Position numbers and translations under genes: made by a program
Source: the human T2T-CHM13v2.0 reference genome, Homo sapiens
Strand: one strand, 5' to 3'
Length of the DNA stretch: 64,000 nt
Assembly: GCF_009914755.1 (NCBI RefSeq)
Contig: NC_060938.1
Part shown: piece after piece, positions 14,123 through 26,303 of the stretch
How the letters are laid out: the number at the start of each line of letters is the position of its first letter
How positions within the stretch are numbered: the first letter of the stretch is position 1
The notes under the pieces: generated by a model
The model's database searches: none
Told to the model about the DNA's origin: nothing
Seen by the model: the letters and a program-made list of their open reading frames with translations, nothing else

Positions 14123-14745
14123 TTTTTAAGGCTTTATTGAGGTATAATTGATATAAAAAATAACTGCACATTTTAATGTATACATTTTGATGAATTACTG
14201 TCTTTTGTGTTTGCATGCTGCATGCTCACACGTCTGAGTGAGTGTGTGTGGGCGTGGTGAAAGCACATAAAATGAAATCTATCATCTTCAACTTTGGAGT
14301 GCTAAATGCTATATTATTAACTATAAATATAATGTTGTACAGCAGATCTCTAAAACTTTTTCATCTTGGGTAACCAAAACTTTATATCAATTGAGCAACA
14401 AGTCTCCATTTCCCTATTCACCCATTCCCTGGCAGCCACCATTCTACTCTCTGCTTCTATGAGTTTGACTATTTTAGATATCCTGTATAGACGGAATCAT
14501 GCAACATATGTCTTTCTCTGACTGGCTTATTTCACTTTTCATAATGTTCTCTACTTTCCTCCATGTTTTCACAAAAGATAACATTTTCATCTTTTTAAAT
14601 ACTGAACAATATTCCATTGTTCGGTGACATATCACATCTTCTTTATCTTCTTTTTTGTCCGTGGACGTTTAGGTTGTTTCTATATTTTGACCATTATAAA
14701 TAATGCTGTAGTATACATGGGAGAGCTGCTACCTCTCAGAGATTA
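14123..14745 (-). mobile_element. L1MA/L1MB 3' region
   Basis: GCTTTATTGAGGTATAATTGA, TGTTGTACAGCAGATCTCT, CCACCATTCTACTCTCTGCTTCTATGAGTTTGACT and TGACTGGCTTATTTCACTT. Confidence 0.85.
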
Positions 14746-14747
14746 CT

Positions 14748-14870
14748 TCGATTGTGCTGATGGTTTCTCAGGTGTATGCATATTTTCAAACTCATCAAGT
14801 TGTATACACTGAATATGTGAAGGCTTTTGTATATCAGTTACACCTCAATAAAGGTGTTTAAAAAAACAAA
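14748..14870 (+). mobile_element. L1M (MB/MD-type) 3'-end fragment
   Basis: GATTGTGCTGATGGTTTCTCAGGTGTATGCATA ... CAGTTACACCTCAATAAAGGTGTTTAAAAAAA. Confidence 0.75.
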
Positions 14871-15700
14871 TAATTTTTTTGATTCAAGGCAGGTATAATT
14901 TGCTACACAAGTTAAGCTGTTCAGTTTGTCATACTTTGTCTATTATTGTAATATTCTGCTAAGATTACTACAACTACAGTTTTCATAAGGTTCATCCAGA
15001 GAAGTTTATTTTCTCATCAGCCCAACATTAGTAACATTGGTAATTACTTCTTCCAAGCTCAAACTTTTCAGCAACCAATGTTTTTAGCTAAAAAAATCTT
15101 TAGTTAAAATAAGCATCATTTTAAAGCGTATGACTGTTATTACCTTATTTTTCTTATATGACATGAATATCATAGTTATAAAATATAATATTCTTTCTAT
15201 AAAGCCAGATAGCTTAAAATATTGACAATGGTTCCATATCACAGGAAATCACTAACAACATATTTGCACTCAACTGATTAAGAAAAAAAGTCCTTGAACT
15301 GTTTGAACTAGTTATACTTGTCCTGCTGTGAATTTAGAATTATTTGGTTAAAACAACTCTCAATTTCCTCAGATAACTACAAAAACTATAGATTGTGCTC
15401 TTTGTAACTTGCATATGTATGCACCAAGATATATTGTATCACAATATTGATTGTGGAGATAAATAAGTCTACTATCTTAAAAGAGTTTATATGCTCTGTT
15501 GAGATTTTTGTAAGTCTATAATGGTAGTATTTCACATGATCTATAAACATGCCTGTTGAAGTATAAAACTTTCAGGCTGTATCAGAAATATTTTTATCCT
15601 CTGATTCCTGAGAAGTTTTCTTTATTGGCCTTGATACTCCTATATTTGAATACTGCATAGAAGCTCTATGACAGAAGCAATCATAGCAAAGGAAGCCATA

Positions 15701-16273
15701 TGTTGTCCCTGAGATACAGGTTCAACAAAATTTCTTGCACATTTTTCTTGCAAGAGTACTGAACAACAGAATCACTTTATTCACAATTCCAAAACAGAAT
15801 TTACTTATCACAATATTTTCTATACTATTTAGTCTCCTGTTTTTATTTGGATAAATGCTCCAAGGTAAGTGTTGAGAGGAAATTTTTCATGTATGTTGCA
15901 TGTTGCTGTTCGTCTCAAATTAAGAGCCTTAGAAAATAGAAGGGATGTCTCCTTCCAGAGTGAAGGGTAGATATGCTTCCTACTCATTATAAGAGATCCA
16001 CATTCCCTAAAGCTCAACTTCTCTCTGAACACAACTCACTGTGTGTACTGGCTTCTGCCTGAGCCCATATGTTTCTCCCCATTGGACTCTGGGACAAGGG
16101 AAGGTGACAGGAATGTACATATGCTTTCACTGCTTTTGCAGCATTATCAGTAATAATGTCCTTTGTCTCTCACCTAGAATATTTTATCTTCTCCCATTGT
16201 CCATGAAATCATGGCAAGCTGACTTGTTAACTTGTAAGTAGATTAAATATTTAACCCTTTGAAATCCTTGATT
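15701..16273 (+). mobile_element. Diverged ERV LTR (family not assigned)
   Basis: LTR-like 3' end AGTAATAATGTCCTTTGTCTCTCACC ... CCATGAAATCATGGCAAGCTGACTTGTTAACTTGTAAGTAG ... CCTTGA, with TATAAGA at ~15988. The 5' boundary is uncertain. Confidence 0.6.
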
Positions 16274-17254
16274 GTAGGTTAAGAAGACTCTATGTAAAAT
16301 TGATAAGGAAGCCAATTGGTTTTCCAAAATGTGACACACCTGCCCACAGGATCTTTTTTTAATGATTTGGCCATGTACAAATGAAAGAATATGATTAATT
16401 GTTGCTGTGATCAGGGTATTATTAACAGTTTTAGTAGAGTAACTATTTTATGGATCATGCATTAAAGTGAAATTGAAGGTATATGGATAAACAAAACATA
16501 TCCACTAAAAATCTAAACCCAAGATGTAAGTATTGACCAAAAATATCTGACCATATATCGTTCCTTGTATCATTACTCTACAATAGAGATTAAGGAAAGG
16601 ACCATAAGAAAATTGTTGCTTACTTTGAACATACAACCTATAGTGGCAATTCCCTATAAAATATCAAAAATGATTATTGTGTTTATCACTGCTGTAATTA
16701 ATCAATCAAAGCTTGTAAAGGACCATGACTGTTGAATATCCCCAAGATTACAAACCCTTACTGGACACAAAGTGAAGACTTTTTCCTTATCAATGAAGAG
16801 TGAAATTCATTTTATCCAACTATATGCTGGTCATTTGATTTCTATCCTCTCCAGGATACTAATTTTTAATGCTTAATAAGCACAGCATTCATGAACTCTC
16901 ACTTTCTAGCACTTAAAAACTGACTTTTTGCCTTCTGCAGATGACTTGGTAATTTTTTAAATGGTGCATGTACTCTTTCATGGAGTTAATAGAACTCAGC
17001 ATTGTAAAAATGTTTAACTCTGGTTTTGTGTTAATTCATCAATAGAATATATCTGAAAATAAATTCATGAATCAATTATATCCTTACTATTATGATATGG
17101 TCTAATATTTATAACTTATTAAATTTTATTATGGTAAAGAATACTGATGAAGAGCCTTAGTTGAGTTCATGAACTATTAGTAGGTTGTGGCTTGCATTTT
17201 GAAACACATATGGATATTAGTTCCTTGTCACTTGTATTTCTTATGCAATTTATT

Positions 17255-17475
17255 GGGTCAGACTGATGTTTGAATCTCTGCTCAACACTTAGTAGCTTTG
17301 TTACCTTAAAAAGTATATTTAACAACCTTAGCCTATGTGATTATATGTAAAACATGCTCATAATAATAGCTACCACTTCAGTTTTTTTAAGAATCATATG
17401 AGAAAATGTGTAAAGTATGTAATACAGGGCCTAGAACTTACAGTTCTCAATTAGTATTTTACCATGATTATGATC
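17255..17475 (+). mobile_element. MIR SINE
   Basis: GTCAGACTGATGTTTGAATCTCTGCTCAACACTTAGTAGCTTTGTTACCTT ... ATGAGAAAATGTGTAAAG. Confidence 0.75.
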
Positions 17476-20400
17476 ATAGTATTACCATGAGTGTTATTAA
17501 TATAATTGTAATAAGTGAGAATCAATTTTTGAAATTACTGTATTAAACAGTGCCATTAATTGTAAAGGATATTTTTTGGCATATGAAATAACACTCACAT
17601 ACCAAAAATGTTAATTTATAAAGATTTCAGTGAGTCACGTAATGGATTAGTTCTTCGTTGGTAATTTTATGAGAATTAAATAAATTTATCTATATCTAGA
17701 AGGTTTGTCTAAGTTTATATTCAAATCTCTTACTGTACCTCTGGGACCATACAATGTTCTATTTTGTAGAATTATTAAGCAATATAATGTAAATGAAAGA
17801 ATCCCACTTCCTTTGACATTCTTTAAATCTTAATAAGGGGTTGTCTTGTTATGGTAATAATATATGTTAAATTATTCTCTTATAAAATTTTTATTCTCAA
17901 GGATCTTGTATCTGTTATAAGGAATAAAATCTATGTTGTTCCCAATGCAGCTTTTTGTCTGTGAATATCAGATATTTGATGAAGTTTCTAGTTAAAGCTG
18001 CACACTGGAGTATTTTTATTTAAGTTTGTAATGGGAGGAACATTTAGATTCGATGAGTAAAGTGATACAGAATTATTTGTAAAACTTGTTGACATTAGAT
18101 ATTAAATAGATTTAATAATCTATAATATATTCAAGAAGGACAAATCAAACAGCTTAGTATAAAGCCAGTTGCAAATGTGCAGAATTTGATTAAATTACAT
18201 CAGCCAACAGAACTCTGATCCATTTATATACATGTCCCAGGTGGAAAGTTCCAGTGGGTGACTAAGATAGCCTGGATTTTAAGACAAGAAGTATTGAAAT
18301 CAACTTTACATCTATACTTCCAGACTCTGATCTTTTAAGAAAATATGGTATTGACCAATGACATGGAGAGCTGCCTATGTGTTTTTCTTCCACAATCAAC
18401 TTGTGAACAATGTTCTTTACTTTCATTATATTAAGTGAACTAATACTTCACATCATTTTATTGAAGGAGAAAATAAGCAACTTTGGAATTTTACATAGAG
18501 GCAATTTTGAAAATTAAACCACAATTAGATTATTTACATTTAAAGCATATAAATTGTTAAGAATGTAATACAACTATTCTAATTTGAGAAATAAATTGTT
18601 GACAAATAATGCGTGCACTTTCAGCAATATTTTCAAATAGAAACAAGTTTTATATAATCACAGATATATTTAATTAACATATTGGTTATTATAATGTTTT
18701 GGTTATTTTAATATTTGCAACTCTGAATGAGAAAAAAACTAGCTTTGATATTTTAATTTATCTATTACAACCACAAGTGAATCCCCAAACCCCAGGTTAT
18801 TTTTTTGTTTACTTTTGTTGATCTACTTGAAAGTATCATGCCATTGTTTTTTTAATGCCTAAGACTGCTTAGTGAATTTGAGACTTCAATTATTTTAATT
18901 ATCTAAAATCTCTAAAGTTTTCACTTTTTCCTTATTTATTTTGTAGTTTAAAGGTTAATAAAATGTTTTTTCATTGTGAATTCAGAGAATCATGGATTGT
19001 TATCCACGGATAAGATATTTTTATCATGGATTCAGAGAATCAGCACATTCAGCTATGCTCATTATTGTTGTTTGTATAAAAGCAACTGACTCTCTAAGAT
19101 ATCCTTATTACATTATCATTTTACCTTATTTTTATTTCTTAAAAATAATATTTTGTTAATTTAGTGCATTGCATGCAATCTTAATGTGCTTTATAAAAGC
19201 CTAGATAATATTTTAATCTTTAACAATGAAGTGAGGATAACTTTATACATGATTATTCACTCAGCAATAAAGCAAAAAAATTTGAAATATTTGTTAATAT
19301 CTACTAACAGCAAAAATTGCTAAGCACTTGAAAATACTTACAACTAACGTTGTATTACAATTAATGTAAGTGTTTCCACTCAGATATATGAGATCCTCCT
19401 GAAAGTTATAAAATGAAGAGCTTTTATAAGCTTTTGATGTTGGGTAAATTTGGTCCTAGGCAATTGTTCTAATATTTTAACATTTTAAACATTTTAATAC
19501 GTGGTTCCTGATTTTTTAGGATATACATCATTTAAAAATAATCAGTAATAAAATATTTAGCAAATTTGTTTTAAGACATTTTAAGAAGCACAATTTTTCC
19601 TTTTTTTTCCCCTCCGTATATTGTATACAAAGTCAAAATGAAAGCCTCTCACTAAGATAGAAATAAGACAAAGATTCCCACTTTCATCATTGCTATTCCA
19701 CATTATATTGGAAGTTCTAGACAGAGCAAGTAGGCAAGGACAATAAATAAAAGTTCCCCCAATTTAAAAGGAAAAAAATAAAGATATATCTATTCACATA
19801 TGAGATGTTCTTATATGTAGAAACATCTCTCAAAATCCACAAGAAAGTTACTAAGAAACAAATTCAGCCCAATTGCCACGTGCAAAATCAACATACAAAA
19901 ATTGAATGTATTTCTACACATTTGCAATGAACAGTTTGCAAACGAAATTTAAATAGTAATTCACTTTACAATATCATTCAAAACATAAAAATACTTTAGA
20001 ACAAATTTAACCAAGAAAGTTAAATAGATTAACAAACATTTTAATATACACTGAAAAATATAAAGCACAGATGAAAAAAACTAAACACTTACTTAAATGG
20101 AAAGGCAGCCATGCTCATGGGGTCGAAGACTTAATATTTTAAGACATCAGTACCACATAGAGTTATCTACAAATTCAAGCCAATCCATATCAAAATTGCA
20201 ACTGCCTTTTTTTTTTGCAGAAATGCAGAAAGCTGATCCTTAAGTTATGTGAAATTGCAAGGGGATCCAAATGGTCAAAATAATTTTGAGAAAGAACAAA
20301 TTTAGAGGGCTCACAATTTCTAAATTTTAAAAATTATTACAAAGAAGCCCTAATAAAAAACATTTGGGATTGGTATAAGGATAGTTATATAGATCAATTC

Positions 20401-20701
20401 AATATTTGAGAGTCAGAAATAAATTTATGTGTCTATTAGCAGCTGATTTCTGAAAAGGGTGACAAGTCTATAATAGAAAAGCAGCATCTTCATCAAAAGG
20501 TGATGGGCCAACTGGACTTCCACATTGAGAAGAATGAAGCTGGTCCCCTACTTCACACCATATAAAACATTAACTCAAAATGAATCAATGACATAAATGT
20601 AAGAGTTAACATCGAAAAACTTTTAGAAGACATAGGCATAAATATTCTGGGCCTTAGATTTGTCAATGGATTTTTACATATGACACCAAAGCATGAGTAA
20701 C

Positions 20702-20753
20702 TATATAACTATATATATATACACATATATATATGTATATATACATATATATG

Positions 20754-20757
<4 letters not shown>
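20702..20757. repeat. (TA)n microsatellite
   Basis: Interrupted TATATA run directly before the templated insertion. Confidence 0.85.
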
Positions 20758-21353
<596 letters not shown>

Positions 21354-23154
21354 ACAAAATTAAAATACTTTATTTATTAAAGGATATGATCAAGAAAGTG
21401 AAAAAGTAAAGGTACAGATTGGGATAAAATATCTCTAAAACACTTATCTTATGGAAACTAAATACCTGAGACATAAAGAACTCCTAAAACTCAACAAAAT
21501 AACATATGACCCAATTTATAAAATGACCCAAGGACTTGATAAACATCTATACAAAGAAGATATACAAATAAGCACATACAAACATGTCCAATATTATTAG
21601 TCTTTAGGGAAATCTAAACCATAAGATACTACTTTATACCTACTAGGATAGCTATAATAAAATAAAAGAAAATAACGAGAGTTGGCAAGGATGTGGAGGA
21701 ATTAGAACAATTGCACCTTGCTGGCAGAAATGTAAAATGTTGCAGTCACTGTTGAAAAGAGTTTTATGGTCTCTCAGAAAGCTACACATAGAATTACCAC
21801 ATAACCCAAGCAATTTTGGGCTTTGTTATATACCCCCCAAAACTGGAAACAAAGTTTCACCTACTTGTATGTCACTGCTTATTGTGGCATTATTCACAGA
21901 GCCAAAAGATGAAAACAATCCAGGTGTTCATCAACAAATGAATGAATGGACAAAAGGTGATGTAAACATATAATAGAATATTATTCAGCCAGAAAATGGA
22001 ATGAAATTCTGATGTATTGCCATAACAGATATAACCTAGAAAACATTATACCAAATGAAAAAAGCCAGACATAAAAGGACAAATATTTTCTGACACACTT
22101 GTATAAAATATCTAGAACAAGTAAAATTACAGAGAAAGAAAGAGATTAGAGGTTCTCAGGGGCTGAGGGAAGATAGAATGGAAAGTTATTGTTTGTTATG
22201 AAGTTCTATTTGGGTGATGAAAAAGTTTTAAAAATAGGTAATGATTATGGTTTCACAACATTGTAAATGCAACTCATGCTTCTGAATTATGCATTGAGAG
22301 GAAGGTAAAATAGAAAATTTTATTCTATATGTATTTAACCACAATAACAATTTTAAAATAGAATTCTTAAAGCAATCCTAAATCTGCGTAATGTTCACAA
22401 TAATTGATGCTTAATGAACACATACATGAGTCTCTTAAAAGGCAGAATTAACATTCAATTAAACTTGCCTACTTTATAGCAGTGTAGTATCTTCTTTTAA
22501 ATTATTTATATTGGCATTTATTACTAAATAGAAGTGTATATTACTTGTAACTGATAAGCATTATTATATGCTGGGGAAATAGAAGGTAAAACAGGATTGT
22601 ATGTCTCAGGAAGCTTCAAAGGAAGAAAATAAATAGGGTGGAAAGAAGGACAGAGAGAGATGAGAGAATTGATAGAATAATTTTCTTGAGAGACAAGAAA
22701 ATATGCAATTCAATACAAAGATTAGATAGCAGAAGAAACAGCTACTTTATTATAACAGAACAGATTGCATCCAAATGTAAAATTATGTATATAAATTTGG
22801 TATTCAGAGAAAATGACTACATGTCTAATAGAAAATGTAGAAATAGATTTTGAAGTGTATGAACAATCTTTGAAAGATTTGAAATTGAACGAAAATTAGT
22901 TGACCAGATATCTTGCCTAGAATTGAAGTGATGAGGGATTATTTCAATTTTGGGATGATCATTTTGTAGTAGGAATAATGTGTCCTGATATTTTATGTAG
23001 AGAGAAATCAGATAGCTTTTTCTTCAGATTAGTATAATGGAAAGAAAAAAATGCATGGGCTTTTAGAATAATGTAAAAAATCTTATTGAACTATGAGCCA
23101 TGGAATATAAGCTGAAAAAAGAATCATACTAAGAAGAGGATTTTTGAAATTGAG

Positions 23155-23336
23155 GATATTCAATTCCTTAACTCCTTTACTTTCCACCTTATAGCTTATT
23201 TGTTCAAATACTCCTACTCTGATTTTATTTTTATTAATTGGCTTAATAAATTCAGCCTTCTGATAAAATCAGAGTAGGAGTATTTGAACAAATAAGCTAT
23301 AAGGTGGAAAGTAAAGGAGTTAAGAAATTGAATATC
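23155..23336. repeat. Near-perfect inverted repeat: 74-bp arms, 34-bp spacer
   Basis: 23155-23228 is the reverse complement of 23263-23336 with one mismatch (73/74). Confidence 0.95.
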
Positions 23337-24030
23337 TGCATGATTGATTTTCCAGCTAAAATAATTATAAGTATAAAAAAGTTATGTCCCTGGAATAGGT
23401 ATCTGAAATGATGGTGAGGAATAGTTATTAGAAACAAGTTCAAGAACAGAGGTATGATATTGGATGCATCATTCACTAGAAGTTTTCAACAAAGATTATA
23501 AAATAAATTAAGGTTGAGAAAAAGTCTGTGGGCCTGTTGCCAAAGTTTGAAATATGACAACAAGGGCCCCAATGTTGAATTTCAAAGATGATAACCTCAG
23601 GTAAAGGAAAAAGTTGTTAAAATTGAAGTATAAGATCTTAAAGTGAGTATAATTTTTTTACTTAATTTTTCTTGTGAGGGGAAGGAAATAAATAGTAATG
23701 TACAATTGCTTAAGTCTTTTGTACTCTATACCAATTATAACAGAATTCAGGTTATAGATTTTTTGTTTTTCTTTCTCTCTGTCATTGTCTCTCTCACACT
23801 CTGTCTCTCTATATATACACACATATATGGAAATCAACCTATCTATCCATATATTCCACATATATATATGAAATTCAATATATGTTAGTCTGCTTTAGTT
23901 TCTCCTAAAACTGGGAAATACAATTGCAATATATATAATGCTAAATATGATAATTATAGTCACCCTCCATCTTAAAGATATTTTCATGAGCTCATGAATC
24001 ACAACAAAGTTTAATAAGTAGTATTTTCTC

Positions 24031-24230
24031 CAAACATTTTACATATATTATCTCATTTAATTTTTAACAACATCTGAGATAAAAATTTTAAACCAGTTTT
24101 GGACTTGAGAAAAAGAAGACTTAAAATGCCTAAATAATTTGAACATGGTCACATGGCAAGTAGAAGTAATAGTTGGGATTGAAACCCAAGTGTGCCCAGT
24201 TTTCCTGAACCAAAATCTATCTTCCATTTT
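24031..24230 (-). mobile_element. MIR SINE
   Basis: TTTACATATATTATCTCATTTAAT ... TAAATAATTTGAACATGGTCACATGGCAAGTA ... TGGGATTGAAACCCAAGT. Confidence 0.75.
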
Positions 24231-24714
24231 GTTATTCTTCCTAATATGACTAGACAGATATTTATTAATGTAAGTTTCTTTTATATATAAAAAGTTATGT
24301 TATTTTAGGAACAATTATAAAACAAAACACATTAAACCACAATGAATTGTAGGTTTTCCTAATGAACACAATTTGTAGCAGTTGTACCACATTAGGTTCC
24401 TTAATTTAGAGGACATGAAAACATTGTTAGAAGTACAAAAATTACAATTACAAGAACTTTGTTTAGAGAATAACAATCCCCTTTGTCTCTTTTGGTTTGT
24501 CTTTTCCTCTGTCACTCCTAGCCTGTTAGCATTGAATGAGAAAGCTAATAAATGTTTCTACATAATCTTACATTGCCTACAGAAAAACTTTCATTATACC
24601 AGCATGGTTTTCATGCGATTTTAAACCGTATCTATGCATACCAAAACAACAGACAAGTCTAGCTCATCCTATTTTATTAAATTACAACCATTTACCTCTT
24701 CTTTTCTTACTAAA

Positions 24715-24980
24715 ATTTGACCAATCTTCCAAACTCCAGCTAAAATTCTACCTTATATATGAAAACTTTCTCAATCCTATCAAGGAGATTAAACTAGTGC
24801 TTTCTTCGGGTCCATGATGTATATACTTCATTACTCAATTTTTCACAATTTCGTTCATTCTTTTAGTCACTCACCCATGCCTAGATACAAGATCATTAGC
24901 TCCTCAAGATTAGAGAATGAGAGTTTTTATACTTTGAACTCAGCCTCCAGCATATAGTACTTGGTAGCTGCATAAAATGT
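24715..24980 (+). mobile_element. Ancient L2 3' fragment
   Basis: CCAGCTAAAATTCTACCTTATATATGAAAACTTTC and TAGCTCCTCAAGATTAGAGAA ... CAGCATATAGTACTTGG. Very diverged. Confidence 0.45.
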
Positions 24981-26303
24981 CTTCATTGGGACACAACTTT
25001 TGTCTAAAGGCAAAAAGTGATTGGATTAACAAAATTAGGAGTGATTTTATTCATTTCACAAAGTGACTGCAAGGTAATTAAGATATCCATAATTAAACTA
25101 ATGGATAGAGAATAAAATGTCTCTGAACTGCAAGGAAGAAGTGGGAAAATGTGGAGGTTCTTGACACACCTTCATGAACAGTCACATATCTGGGAGATCT
25201 GGAAGCCACTGTTTCGAAGTCAGGTCAGTCTTTTGAATAGTGTCCAATCTATATTTAAAAATGTGTTCATTAGAAACCTCTGGACTGCATGGTGAAAGTG
25301 AGGCAAGTCCTCATCTTGATGGAAAATGGGATAACTGAAGGCTTTCTGTAGCTACAGAAAAAAACATTCCATGAGTGTGTCCAAAAAAACAAATACCCGT
25401 GATAGTACCTTCTACAACAAGGAGTTAATTAAAACCTGTGTGCTTCATATGACACAAAAGACATTTAGTGAATCCCTCAGTGCTCCATGTGTGAGGGTGA
25501 TAATGTTATTTTTCTAGTCAAAGGTGATAATGATTCATTTTTCCTACTTAAATAAAACCGCTTTGTCACTGACAGTCAACTCCACCTCCCTGGGACCCTG
25601 AAATCTGCTGCAAAACTTGTATAATTTTCCTTCAGTGTCTCCACTGGGGCTTGAAGCATGTTAAAGCAGTAAGGTTTTATTCTCTATTTATGGAAAATGC
25701 ACTACGTAATAGGCTGAAGCTTACTTAATTTCCATTTCCTGGGACTTCTCTAAAGAAGAAAAAAAATTCGCCTCACTGCTTCCTCTGCATATGGGGCTGC
25801 TCTGCACACTCTCTTAAGATACACTCTTTCTGCTTCATCTCATTATACAATGGGAAGTGCTTTGACTACCTGATAGGTGTTGCTGTCTGGTACACTTAAT
25901 TACTTTTGCACTGCAGTCATTCAAGTTTACAAGATTTTGACATATGAAATTAAGTGGTATAAGGGTACCTACAAATTGATGGGTATTACACGTTTACATA
26001 TTAATATGATACCAACTACAATTTAAAATATTTAGAAATGGTTTATGAAATTTAGTAATGCTACCAGAGTTAAAGGATGTAGTTAATTACATCTAATTTT
26101 GAATTCTAAATTGATAGTTAAGCACAGTGTTACATGACATCTTTCCACCCATCTGAGCTCCTAAATATGGTAATAACTTATTGATGTGCTAAACATAGAA
26201 CTGTATTACCTACCCATGATGCCATGATTTAAATTTTGAGTCTAGGTATTATTATTTTAGGTATTTTATTTATACCTTGTCTTGATTCAAGTGCACTTAT
26301 CCT

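Noticed and set aside
21737-21973. 78-aa ORF with weak resemblance to the L1 ORF2 C-terminus
   Set aside because: It is a decayed fragment of the old L1, with frameshifts and stops around it.
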